Source: Basidiobolus meristosporus CBS 931.73
Lineage: Eukaryota; Fungi; Basidiobolomycota
Direction: 5' to 3'
DNA: 64,000 bases
NCBI GenBank assembly: GCA_002104905.1
Contig: MCFE01000185.1
Location: 1-64,000 of the forward strand
Made by a program: the position numbers and the translations under genes. Shown in pieces: positions 39,460 through 52,813 of the stretch. Each line of letters starts with the position of its first letter. Position 1 is the first letter of the stretch. The notes under the pieces are model-generated. The model searched no databases. It was given only the letters and a program-made list of their open reading frames with translations, and had not been told where the DNA came from.

Positions 39460-41084
39460 ATGTACAAGACTACTTTGACTCAACACTGTAAGAGAAGAGA
39501 AAAAAGACCATGTGGCTATTATAGCAAGCCTCTCAGCCATGAAGCACGCAGACAGCATAGGAAGTATTACAAGGATCACTGCCAGTGTTTTGCCACCCAA
39601 GTCATATTTGACCATTCATTGGTTACTACTGTACCAACATTATCTTGCTGGCCAGTTGATACTTTTATATTGGCACCTGGCCATCTTTGACACCTTGCAC
39701 AAACTGAGTCAGGTGAGTTTGTGACGCCTTTAGGCTCACCTCAGCCTTATGAATATGGCACGCAGAGTGATAGCTCTGACAAAGAAGGTTCACTGATGGA
39801 TTTTGAGCCTATCTCCCCTAACAACAGTATAACATATGAGCCCGGTCAAATCCCTTTATGCAATGAGTCAACACCCATTGAGACAAATGCCAAGGATACT
39901 TTATGGAGCCAAGTGAGCCCAGTAATCCATCTACTGGTGAATGATGTGATGTTGTGGCTAGAGAAGTGGTGCGTTTCCACTAATATCAGTAATGGGGGCT
40001 TTGAGGATTTATTACTACTTCTTGCCAAAATTATACCGGGATGCAACTTACCATGTACATGGTACAAGTGGACAACTGTCATGCGGCTGGCAACATATGA
40101 TCCAGAGACTGTCCTGATTCCTGCATGTGTTAACAGTTGCATGGCATTCATATCCAAAAATGCTACCATTGCAACGTGTCCAAATTGTCAGGAATCTACC
40201 ACCATTGAGGGAAAACATTGTTCACACTCCAGATATATTCCAGTCATACTCTGTCTGAGGAAGCTGATGCAGTCCAACAGATATTGCAAAGCTATACAGT
40301 ACCGCACTCAGTATCAATCAAGCGCAAACATATCCGATATATTGGATGGCAAACATTACAAACAGCTAAGAAGCAAGGGCTACTTTGAAGGTACATATGA
40401 CCATTCCTTTGCTTTAACACAAATGTGCACATGGAGACACCTATGCCTATGGCATTAAGAAGCTAAGCAGCCCCAATGCGTGGGTATTCAGTTAAGTAAT
40501 GCAAAGTTGGGTTGGGTGCAACAAGCAACTAATTTTTATCTGGAAAACTCCACCAAGATATGCCGGATTTCTTGTGGTCACAAGCCAACTTCTACACCAT
40601 TCAATACAGAATTCACACAAACAAAAGCCAGAGCGCACCTATAAGGGGGAATAGAATCCAGCAGGGAGAAGGAATATATTGGCTAAATACCAAGAAGTTC
40701 TTTGCCAATATTCAGGAGGTATTCATGGCAGAAGTGGCAACAACCAAGCATATGTTTGCAAGATGTATATGCTACCAGCAGTACAAGGTATATGGCAACT
40801 CTGCAAGTATCACACTAAAAAGCCGTAAAGTTAAGGTGATAGAAGTATGTCAATTGTGGCAGGTGTGCGCGTTTGTAGAGGTTAGTAAGCAGGAGGCCAT
40901 AGTTTTTTTTATTCAAACTATATGTGGAATACCCAAGGTAGTAGTGGGTAAGCAAATAAAGAAAGGTGATTCTACAGTGGAATATATGAATTGCACAAGG
41001 GGAGGTAGAAAAGGGAAATACCATTTGGTAAATTGGTACGGTAGCATTATGCATAACCAGCAGCAGGCCGTCATACTGCCGTAA
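39460..41084 (+). pseudogene. EnSpm/Tnp2-like transposase with the catalytic core deleted
   Basis: C-x-N-x-C-x-AF...CPNCQE...YIP...YR...DILDGKHY, then a jump to sequence matching ~63190 onward. Confidence 0.8.
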
Positions 41085-43725
41085 AAAAAGCCATCAGAGT
41101 CTTGCTGTGAGTGCGTCAAAATACTGTCAGGTTTCTTGCCATATAAGGCAATTGGAAATCCTGGCCAACTGGATCCACTTAAAATAGTAATAGAGCGCTG
41201 AAAGACCGCAACAATAACATGCAAATATTGTCACAGCACCAATCAAAAATTGTCTAGTTTTATCCCTTTATTTGGCTGAAAAATTTGCAAAATACCGTCA
41301 TGATCTTGTTATAAGATTGTCAGGAGCGTCACTAGTTCCAAGCTGCTGCTATTATGATGGTCTCTGAATGGGATCTTGATGGATGATCCGGATTGGATCC
41401 ACCCATGGGACCAAATTATTTTTCATATGGTGATGGAGCAGATGCATGGGTAAAAAGGAAGACAATTCAAGTCACAGGTATTGCCATATCCCAATCTTGT
41501 CAGGAATATAATCACCAAGTCTGTGGTGGTTGTGATGAGTAGGCATTTTGAGAACAGCCAGGAAGAGTTGGTAAATACTGTGGACAGTTATGCAAATGGA
41601 GCCACCTATGCCTTTGACATTAAGAAGATAAGCAGCCCCAATGCATGGGTAGTCAGTCAAGGAAAGAAAGATTGGGCTATGCATAGCTAACAACCAGTTT
41701 TTATTAGGGCAACTTTACCAGAGTATGCCAGGTTTCTTCTGGTTAGAAGCTAACCCCTACTCCTTTCAATATGTTACTCACAATACAAGACCTAGAGTGC
41801 ACCTATAAGGGAGACTAGAGTCTAGCAAGGTGAAGGAATATATGGGCTAAGTACTCAAAAGTTCTTTGTGGATGTTTCAAAGGTATTCATGGCAAAAGTG
41901 GTAGCAACCAAGCATATGCGCAACCTATGTATATGTTACTGGCAATACAAGTTACATGGCAACTTTGCAAGTATGACATCAAAAAGCCATAAAGCTAAGG
42001 TGAAAGAAGTGTGTCAATTGCAGCAGTTATGCACATACACAGAGGATAGTGTGTTGGAAGCTGCTGTTTTGTTTGACTATAACTATATTTGGAATACCCA
42101 TGGTAGTGGTAGGTAAGCAAGCAAAGAGGGGTAACCCAGCAGTGTTTAATATGAATGAAGCAAGGGGAGGTAGAAAAAGGAAATGCCATTAGGTAAATTG
42201 GTACAGTAGCATTTGCCAGCAATACAAGGTATATGGCAACTTTGAAAGTATCAAATTAAAGGGGGATAAATTTGAGGTGATAAAAGTGTGTCAATTGAAA
42301 CAGCTGGGCATGTTGGTAGAGGTTAGCAAGCAGGAGGTATAGTGTTTTTTCATTTGAGCTAAATGTGTAATAACCAAGGTAGTTGAGGGTAAGAAGATAA
42401 AGAGGGGTGATTCTACAGTTGAGTACATGAATGGCACAAGGGAAGGTAGAAAAAAACTATCATTTAGTAAGCTAGTATAGTGCAATTGTACAGGACTAGC
42501 AGTTGACTAACATACAGCCATGATAATACTAATATTGGTCCACATCAATGCTGTTGCCACACTGTTAGGCTTATTGTGAACCATAATACTAGCATATACA
42601 GGCTGTCTAGGCTTGCTCAAACAAATGCAGGTTACAGCAAGGCTGTCAGAATGCTATGCAAGTTCAACCAAAAGACTGTTAAAGCACCTGTATGCTTATT
42701 ACTTTATTGGCAATGTAGGGCTGCAAAGCACCATTGCAGTTCTTTTGTGATACTGTGAAGAGAGTCAGCAACATGAGGCAGCCAGCATTTTGAGGGCCTT
42801 ATTACTGGCACTTGATGGGTAATCTGAAATGGATTCACCTGCAGGACCAATTTATTCATGCCAGTAAATGTTGGCCAAAACAGCATAATTTTGTACTAGT
42901 TTGCTTCTACTCTGCTCCCTGCTCTGCCACAGTCTGTTGTACCATGTCTCCCAGCTTCTTCCACTTGTTTTATTAGTGAAAGTACACTCTGTCTCAATTA
43001 TTTCAATTTGCAACTTGTGTACTGTGATTGTTAGTGCCTGAGGTTTTTCTCAACTTATTTTGACACAAGGCTGGTCAGTTATGCTTTGTCACAACAAGTA
43101 ACAGCTCTGAGCAGCTGACACTGACCAAAATTAAGCTCTCAGCTATTTAAGGCATTTAAAGTAGGTTAGTCAGTATTGCTGTGTTAGCCACTGTGTAATC
43201 ACATGTATATAGCTATCTAGCCCCATGAAAGGTAGCTAACATTGTTAATACTATCTCTCCAATACAATTTTCATATAAAACTGCCACTTAAGTTGCCAAA
43301 CCATTCCTCTATACTGCAAGTATACCACTCAACTCCAAAGCTAACAAGACATACTTTGCCATTGTAGCTTACAGTCCCTTACACTGTCACTAGTAGCTGT
43401 CCTTCTGTACCTAGATGGTGTGCTTAGTCCAGTTACTAATTTTTGTGTGCTTGTTTCATCCTGGATCCCTTACCATGCATCCACACTACCACAATAACTA
43501 CAGCCACCAGGTTATTTGGTCCAGAGGCTTTCCCTTACCTTCTATATACCTTTCTGAGCTGCATTGAGCATTATCTGCAACTTTCTCAGCTTGAACATCA
43601 AGTCTGAGCACTCAATGGAGCAAACTTCCTTTGATATGGTCCAGTGCAAAGTTTGTCTTCACTGCCTTTAGTTGACAATTTGAGTGGCACACACTCATGA
43701 GTTAAACTACACAGTAGTCAGAGTA

Positions 43726-44232
43726 CTCTACAAGAAAAAACTAGGTCCTGCAAGTAGTTCCAGTCCAGATTAGCCATTGCAATCCTGTATTGAGTCCATC
43801 ATAATGCAGGCAGCTTGGAATTAATGATCCTCCACACTATCCTATAACATGATTGTGATGGTGGTTTACTGATTTTGCTGCCAAATGAAGTGTCTCAGTG
43901 GTCTTTTGACCAGAATGGCATGGCACTCTAGTGGTCTTAATGCAGTCTACATTTACTTGCCCAGACCTAACTGGCCAGTAGATCAAGTTGCTTTATATGG
44001 CAAGAAACTTGACAATGTACTTACAGCCTCATTGTAAATCTTTGCTGGCATTATAATGGCTGTACAGCAGCCTACAGCTAGCTATGTATAATGGTGCAAT
44101 ACCTATTTACCAAATGGGTTTTTCTTGTTTACCTCCCCTTACACCATTCTTGTACTCCACTGTAGAGTCACCCCTCTTTATTTGCTTACCCACCACTGCC
44201 TTGGGTATTCCACATACAGTTCAATTAAAAAA
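43726..44232 (-). mobile_element. CACTA copy D, inverted right-end fragment, interrupted by copy C
   Basis: Reverse-complement match to 40.9-41.43 kb, including a degenerate terminus CTCTAC.. at 43726. Confidence 0.7.
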
Positions 44233-47200
44233 CCCTATGAGAAATTATTGAGATGCTCTTGTCAAAAGGCCATCTCAATGTTACAGTCGCATGACTAAGC
44301 GGTACTGATCCCATCTGGATACTGTCAAGAGACCATTGAAAAATAATTATACCCCAGATTTCACAAAAAACTTAGTCAAAATTTCTCATCACAACAATGT
44401 ATAAGTGACTTTTGATTGGTTCCCTGCCAATCTGCACACTTTCTGATCCCAGACACTCTATTGCATCCTATGTTTGTGTGCATTGGTTGGCTATTGCCTC
44501 TTTTTCACACTCCTTATTTCCTGACTCAACCATTTCTCATACTCTTCATGCATACAAATTAATTTATTTCCATTGAAACTTCAGTTGTACCTCAATTGTC
44601 AATTGTATTGACCTATACAAGTCCCTATACCCTACACTAACATTAAGCCCAACCCCACACTCAACAAGTAACTCCATTAAAATCCACCACTCAATAAGTA
44701 CTTCTGCTGCAAAGCTCTGGCTTCACAACTGTGGCAGGAGCCCAACAGCTTTATGCCACTGTTCATTCACTGGTTCCCACATGTCCTGGTCTTCAGCTGG
44801 CACTGCAAGGTCTAGCACCTAATCTGCCAGTCATTGCAATAAATCCTTGCAATATTCCAGTGCATTTTCTTGAACAGTGCTCTTGAAGAAGTGCTGCAAC
44901 CTCTTGGTGTGCCTATTAATATTCCAAAACTCCACTGAAGGCATTGTGATAGTCTTTCAAGCTCTTAATGTTGTTACCTTATCTGTCGGTGGGATCTCCA
45001 CTCTGTCAGCAATGGAGGATGTGGAGGCTGTGGTAGACAAATTTCCTTTTTCAGCAAACTCATCTACCTTGTTGGAGTGCAGCTCAACTGGCTGCACTTC
45101 TAACTCTTGTGAAAACGGCTGCTTTTTTGTTAGTAATTCTTCTTGGCTATGATGGGATTCAGTCTGTTCATGGCTTGCAGCATTAATTGGCAAGTACTGC
45201 AGTTTTTTTTGCATGCCTTCCTGTCTCAGGCTTGGGTAGACATTTCCCCCTTAGCCATTTCCATTATCACTGCCAGGGCTTTCACTGTTACTTTGTCTGA
45301 GTACTTTTTGTATAGAACTATGTTTTCTCCTGGATGAATTCTGCTCTGACGCATCTGTTTTGGCTTGCTTGCTCCTTGCTAGCACTCTTCTGACAACCTG
45401 ATGTTTCTTTTCTGCTTGTTTTGATCCCTCAACAACAGTTCTGACAGGCTCCTGTAAAGCAGCTGGTTTGTATCACTGCCAGATCCTTTACTGCTACTTT
45501 GACTGGGTGCTTCTTGAGTGGCACAATGCCTTATCCTAGATATTTGCTGCGCTGGTGCATCCATGTCTGCCTGCTTGTCCCTAATTGGCACTTTTCCAGC
45601 TACCTGATGACTCTTTGATGCTTGTCTGGAGCTTTTGGCCCTGCTTGTAATGGGCTCTTGAGGAAGCCGCTGGTTTTTAGCCATGGCACCCTTGTTCTTC
45701 TGCCTTTGATAGTTTCTGCCATTCTTAAGATACTTTCTTAGCATACCAATGCTAGCCCAAAATTCTTTTGTCCATTTGAATCCAGGATAATGCTCATAGA
45801 ACAAGTCAAGTACACTCAGTTTGGCCTTGAGTTCCTGATATTCCCATGGTATGTCTGCCTTAAGGTGATTGCATGCTAGACTTCTGATGGCCTCTTGTAT
45901 ATTAGCCCACTCTTCATTATTGCACTCAAAGGCTCTATAGATCTTTGATGTCTTTTGATTTTTAGGATTTAGTATTAACACTACATTGTCTCCCTCCCAT
46001 GCTATGATACGTTTTTCTGTGGGCTTTATCTTTGGGCACTGTTCTTGTGCTTCAAAGACTGTATGGTGTTCCTTTGGTGTTATGTTGGGAAATGGCTTGA
46101 TTCTTGGCTGTGACATTGAGCTACTTGAGTTCCTTGTTTGCAGCAAAGATACTGTGTTCTCTACATGGGATATTGATTGCTCTACATGTATTATCTGTTC
46201 ATCCTAATTCTAGACTATTTCCTCATTTCTCTGCGCCATTGCATCTATCCTTTTAGCCACTGCACCTAATTGCTTCATTAATGCTGTGGTATGAGCTGCC
46301 AACATACTTGCTAATATGGGTGGTGGTGATGTTATCATGATCGCTTGCTGATCTTCAACTGAGGGTATTGCGTCTGCTAGATTCTCATCTGTCTAAGCAT
46401 AACAACCTGTTTGTGGCTCCACAGAGGTTTTCAATTGCCTACTTGACTGAGAGTCTGAGGAGTCTGCATTATTACCTTCAATGGGCACACTGTCCACAGG
46501 GCCTTTGATGGATGTAGCCCTGCTTGTTGCACTGAATGTCAAAGTAAGCTGTTTTCTAACCGTTCTGCTGTTGCCATCAGCAGTAGAGTTTGGTTGAGAA
46601 CCAGGCTAATTTACTTTATTTTTTGGCAGCATATATATGGAGGTGAGTCAAACCAAAGCAGAAATAGTGCTATATATACATGTGTATATGGTGCCACAAC
46701 TTTATTTATAATGCTTACTATGGCATGACATCATCAAATATTACATTCATGTAGGTGCCATGTCTCAAATACAAGACTGTCTTAAGTTCACATGAGTATA
46801 GACCAAGAAGTGACATAATAGCATTGAGTTATTGAAGGTCAAACTGTTTGCCCATGGACAAGACTACCTTTATTCAACACCATAAAAGAAGAGAAGCCCC
46901 ATGGACAAGACTACTTTGACTCAACACCGTAAGAGAAGTGAAAAAAGATCATATGGCTACTATGGCAAGCCTCTTGGCCATGAAGCATGCAGACAGCATT
47001 GGAAGTATCACAAGGATCATGGCCAGTGTTTTGCCACCCAAGTCATATTTGACAAATTCATTGGTCACTACTGTACCAACATTATCTTGCTGGCCAGATG
47101 ATGCTTCTATTTTGGGACCTGGCCATCTTTGTCACCTTGTGCAAGCTGAGTCAGGATAGTTTGTGACACCTTTAGGCTACCTCAGCCTTCTGTTGATGGC

Positions 47201-48779
47201 ATGCAGAGTGAAAGCTTTGACAAAGATGGTTCACTGATGGATTTTGAGCCTATCTGAATTGAAAACAGTACCATGTATGAGCCTGGTCAAATCTCTATAT
47301 GCAATGAGACAACACATGTTGAAACAAATGCCAAGGATACTTTGTGGAGCCATGTGAGCCCAGTAATCCATCTACTGGTGAATGATGCAAGGATATGGCT
47401 AGAGAAGTGGCACATTGTAGTGGAGTCACAGTGACACCCACAGGCAGATGTGCTCATTCCCATACATTCACTTTGTTAAAGTGGATTACCCCCCAATATT
47501 ACTATCATCCCAAATTGCAATATTTTCTATCTGTACATGTGATTATCATTATTTGACCTGGCAAACTATTTGTCACTGTTAACCCATTGCACAAGCTATT
47601 CCTATTCCTTGCTGAGAAGCCATGATAAGATAGTTACCATATAAGGCAAGTACCCCCAACAGTGCCTATATCATGTGACCATCCTGGTTTCATATCCCTC
47701 CTATCCTACTACTAAATGAGATAACTACATGTCACAGAGGTTACACATTACCACTATCTGATTGGCTAGGTACTAATATGTCTCATGGAAGAATCTGCCA
47801 AGAATTTGAGCTATTTTAGGACACAACAACATGATTGGCTGTCTACTACCTTCTGGAAACTTCCGGAAAGCATTTTCTAGCAAGATTTGAGTAGCAAAAA
47901 AAAGTATATAAGGGAGGCTATCCCTTAAGAATAAATCAACCCTCCTTTAATATTCCAACTTATTGATTAGTGAGATCACTGCTGCCTATTACCACTACTT
48001 TCTTACTCAGACCTGACAATACTCTCAGGAAACCACGCTGACAGCCAACTGGCCTTGGAGGCACTACTTGTGAGGAATACTCAGAGTAGGTATATTTTAT
48101 TATACTTGATTGTTTTCCCAAGTTTGTTTTGTACAGCAAAAGATACTTTTCAGTCTTTGTAACTATTGGTCAAAGCTGCATTCTTATCAAGTCCCTGTTG
48201 GTGGAGTTTACAGTTGTTTTGACTTTGGAAGCTTTAGTACACTGTCATCTCAAAGGATGTTGAAGCCATTATAAACTTTTGTGAAGATGCCAACAAAGTT
48301 GTGGATTGTAGCTCAGTAGTTTTCCCTTGACAAGCATGTGGCTTTATACCCCTTCACATTAGATTAGACAAAAGACCCAGTATTCCTAGCAAGCTTTTGC
48401 CAGAGGTTATTGCACCCAGTGAACACCCCACACACATTCACACTTGATAAGTGTTGGCCGTATTTTACCCTTTGGACTTATACACTGCCACATAATTGGC
48501 ACCCAATGCAGGGGGTTCATACAAGCTCCCTAGGACCCAATAAGATTTACCTGAAGATTTGAGCCATTACCCACTTACTGAAAAGAGACTACTGATATTA
48601 TCAAGACTACAATTCCAACCTACCTACCATAAAGGAGCTCTATGCCCTTACTACTCTCACATGGAGCCCCACAGCTTGATGGAAAGAATGTGGAATGTTT
48701 CATATTCAAATGGGAGAAGCTCTGCAAGAAGTGCAGCCTATCTGAACAAAAAATGGCTGAAGACTTCCCCTACTACTGC

Positions 48780-49857
48780 TGTAGTGGGGACACAGTGACA
48801 CCAACAGGCAGATGTGCTCATTCCCATACATTCACTTCCCTAAAAAGGATTACCCCCCCTATATTAGTATCATCCCAAATTGCAATATTTCCTATTCTGT
48901 CTATGTGATTATTACTATGCAACCTGACAAACTATTTGTCACTATTAACCCATTGCACAAGCTATTCCTATTGCTTGCCAAGATGCCAAGATACGCTAGT
49001 TACCATATAAGACAAGTACCCCCAACAGTGCCCATGTCATGTGACCATTTTGGCTTCATAACCCTCCTATCCTACTACCATAAGAGGCAACTACATGACA
49101 CAGGGGTTTCATATTACTACTAACTGATTGGCTAGGTGCTACTATGTCTCATGGAACAGTCAGCCAATAATTTGCGCTACTTTTAGTACACAATGATATG
49201 ATTGGCTGTCTACTACCTTTTGGAAACTTCCAGAAAGTATTTTCTAGCAAGAATTTGAGCAGCAAAAAAGTATACAAGGGAGGTTATCCCTTAAAATAAA
49301 TCATTCCTCTTCCAATATTCTGACTTATTGATCAGTGAGATCACCGCGGCCTATTACCACTATTTTCTTACTCAGACCTGACAATACTCCCAGGAATCTG
49401 CGCTGACAGCCAACTGACCCTGGAGGCACTACTTGTGAGGAATACTCAGAATAGGTATATTTTATTATACTTGATTGTTTTCCCAAGCTTGTTCTTGTAC
49501 AGGCAAAGATACTTTTCAGTCTTTGTAACTATTGGCTAATGCTGCATTCTTATCAAGTCCCTGTTGGTGGAGTTTACAGTAGTTTTGACTTTGGAAGCTT
49601 TAGTTCATTGTCATCTCAAAGGATGTTGAAGCCATTATAAACTTTTGTTAAGATGCCAACTCAGTTGGGGACTGTAGTTCAATAGTTTTCCCTTGACAAG
49701 CTTGAGGCTTTATCCCCATTCACATTAGATTAGCCAAAAATCCAGTATTCCTAGCAAGCTTTTGCCAGAGGTTATTGCATCCAGTGAACACCCCACACAC
49801 ATTCACACTTGAGAAGTGTTGGACGTACTTTGCCCTTTGGACTTATACACCACCACA
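48780..49857 (+). mobile_element. Solo LTR of gypsy G1 inserted in G1 gag
   Basis: TGTAG..CCACA, 1078 bp; 4-bp TSD CTGC/CCGC; excision restores the gag frame. Confidence 0.88.
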
Positions 49858-52813
49858 CCGCACCAATGATATTACCACTAAGCTTCTCTATAAAGAAGAT
49901 ATTTGCACTGATTAGGGCTTAATAAAGACCTACCTACAGACCAAGTATGGTAGACCCCAGATATACTATGGAATAAGAGACCTCAGACACTTTGGAAGGA
50001 CTGGACTCTCCAAGATACCACTTGAAGAGCTCATTCAAAAGTATGAAGATATGGCCAAGCCACTCCTAGAGTCTCAGGCTATAACTGAGTTTACCATGAC
50101 ACTTTACCTTGCACAAGGGTTCCCCAGGACTTGGCAAGGAAAGCTGACTTACATGCAGCCAAGGATGACAAGTCTGGCACTCCTTGCTTTGCAGAGATGA
50201 AACATGTGCTCCTAGAGGCAAAGCAAACTTCCACCTTTAAGAGACTCCTGACATCTAATCCACCAGACCAATCAACCAAGGAACCAAAGAGTGCTGTTGC
50301 TGACAATTGGACCTACACTACCAACATAATTGACCAACTTGCTGAACAGCTACAAAAACTAGCCCTCAAAATTAATGGCTCAGCTGAAGTGGCTACTGAG
50401 GGCCAAAGCCCTTTGCCCAGACACTGCATCTAGTGTGACTCTACTCAGCATTCTAGACAAGAATGCACCTAGCTTAGTCAGCTTCTTAGAGAAGGAACAG
50501 TACAGTTTGATTCTGTTGGAATGCTTGCTGAAAAGGAAGGGAAAAGGATTCCTACTGATTTCCAAACAGGCAGAATGAGAGCTCTTTCCCAGAAATCTGA
50601 CTCAGCAATGAGAAAGATTACTGTTGATGCCCCTATTGGGACTCATACAGTGAGTCCAAGCAGCCTTGATAACAGAAAAAACAAAGTTGATGCCATTGCT
50701 ACCAAGAGACACCTTCCTGAAGAACCTTTCAAACCCATCCTTAGAAGACCGCAATTTGAAGAGCCTCAGGTTATCCTTGACAAGATGCCTGGTATACTGC
50801 CCACTCAAGACCCATTGCCTCACTTTCAGATGACCTCAAACATAGCAGGCTACTCAAGCCCTCATTTGATTACTGAGAAGCTGCTCAAGCAGAACCTCAC
50901 TTTGTTGGTTAGAGAAATCATGACTGTATCACCATCTGTTAGGAAGACCTTTGATGAGCAGCTTAGAACAAGAAGACAAGTTGTTGAACATATGGACACC
51001 CATATAATCCAGACACACCATGAAGACCACCAAAAGGATGAAAAAACTACCAAATATAAGACCTTTTACTCATTTGCAACTGCTATGGTGAAAGGGTATA
51101 TATATGATGACCCTGGTGACTGCAGTATTGAAAGTGGTTCAGAGATTTGTGTTATGCTGCTAGACTTCTGGAACACACTTAGAAGCAAGGAGCTACTTCC
51201 TGTTTATAGAGATATTGGATGGGACATGACTAATGCAAACTTGGAATATTGCCCACTCTATGGTGTAGTTCACAAGTTCCCTATTGAGGTACAAGGAATC
51301 AAGTTCTGGCTTCCCCTCTTTATCTGCCAGAAGGCAAACTTTGACCTTTCGTTTGGCAGACAATAGGAGACCAGTACAAAGGCTACAACTACCAGCTATT
51401 CTGATGGGTCAGTGTGGTACACTATACAAGGATCAAACCCAGGACTACAGTCACTGTTCTGTGGGGTAGCACCCAACAATCAGAGGACACATACTGCTTG
51501 CCAGAAGACACATCTTGTTATAGAAGAAGATGAGGAGCCTGACAGTATACACCCCAACAGTTGGAGCTGCTCATTGGGTATGCAGGAGCAGACGGCTATG
51601 GTTTGCACAAATACAAGACAGTAGAACAGAAGATTAGACCATTGCTTGCACCTTTGACTGATGGATCTTGACCTGTTGATTACATCAGATCACCAGAAGA
51701 AACACTAGAAGATGTACAGCTTACACCTGAGAGACTTAAGCAACTTATCATTGGTGATGGAAACCAAACACCAGAGGAGATCTTATTATTAGAAGAAACC
51801 CTAAAAAGACATGATAAGGTTTTCTCAGCTAACAATAGGAGATGGAACTCTTAAAGACATTGGCTGAAAAACCTATCAAGATTCATACAGTGCCCCACAC
51901 ACCCTGGTCATTTAAGCCTTACCCACTGCCTAGAGGACTCCAAGCTGATGAGCATGACCAACTTAAGAAGAATTTAGAAGCTGGTATCCTAGAACCTTGC
52001 CAAGGACCTTATGCTAGCAGATGGTTTATGACCAAAAAGAAGAATGGAAAGCTCCAATTCATTCAAGACATGCAATCTGCAAATGCTGTCACTATCAGAG
52101 ATGCTGCAATACCTCCATCTATTGATGACTTTGCAGAGAGCTTTAGTGGTCACTACATCTACTCAATGTATGATCTCTACTCAGGATATAACCAGATCCT
52201 CCCAGATGAGACATCAAGAGATATGTCTGCATTCCAGACACCATTTGGACTGTTAAGAATGACCAGACTCAGCCAAGGGGCTACAAGCTCTGTGGCTCAG
52301 TTCCAGAGATGCATGGTGAATGTGCTCTACCAGTTTATACCTGTGAAACTTGCTGTCTTTGTTGATGAAATAGGCATCAAAGGACCAAAACTCCAGGACA
52401 CCATTGAAGTTATGCCTGGAGTAAGAAAGTTTGTTTATGACCATATTTCAGACAATGATGCCATATTAGGAGCCATTGAAGAAGCTGGACTCACCATCAG
52501 TGGTGAGAAAAGCAGCTTTGGTGTATCAGAGATATCCATTGTTGGACAAATATGCTACTGGCCTACCCCCACAAATCTAACACCAGCTTGTGGCTTTGTG
52601 GCTGCTTGTGGGTTCTTCAGGATCAGGATCCCAAGGCTTTCTGACATAGCAGAACCAATCTACCAACTACAGAGTAAGAATACCCCATTTATCTGGGGAG
52701 AAGAGCAAGAAGAAGCCATGAAATTACTAAAAGAGGCATTAGAATCTCAACCAGTTCCAAGACCTTTTGATTATCAGAACACTGTATGCCCACCTATTTT
52801 CACAGTGGATGCA

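Larger units (their letters stand above)
36857..41430 (+). mobile_element. CMC/CACTA-type transposon copy B, end-to-end complete, internally deleted (non-autonomous)
   Basis: Imperfect TIR CCCTATGGAAAATTATT / AATTATTTTTCATATGG; 3-bp TSD TGA (36854-56, 41431-33). Removing it restores ..WEFLMEQ.. in the copy A transposase. Confidence 0.9.
23654..42865 (+). mobile_element. CMC/CACTA-type DNA transposon copy A (old; host to at least five nested insertions)
   Basis: Left terminus CCCTATGAAAAATAATT and GATCCCATC subterminal repeats. ORF2 remnants at 23.9-24.3, 26.67-26.77 and 32.87-33.65 kb; transposase remnants at 34.2-34.97, 36.13-36.86 and 41.43-42.1 kb. Degenerate right end ~42810-42865; TSD not recognisable. 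Confidence 0.7.

Noticed and set aside
41950-42480. Partial tandem duplications of the CACTA 3' region
   Set aside because: Ordinary decay or rearrangement within copy A.
42866-43725. CpG-depleted segment between CACTA copies A and D
   Set aside because: Probably a repeat, but no ends, ORF or in-window homologue identified.
51128-52372. Asp-to-Glu at both the G1 protease (IESGS) and RT (FVDE) catalytic positions
   Set aside because: The element is riddled with stops and insertions; most simply neutral decay.
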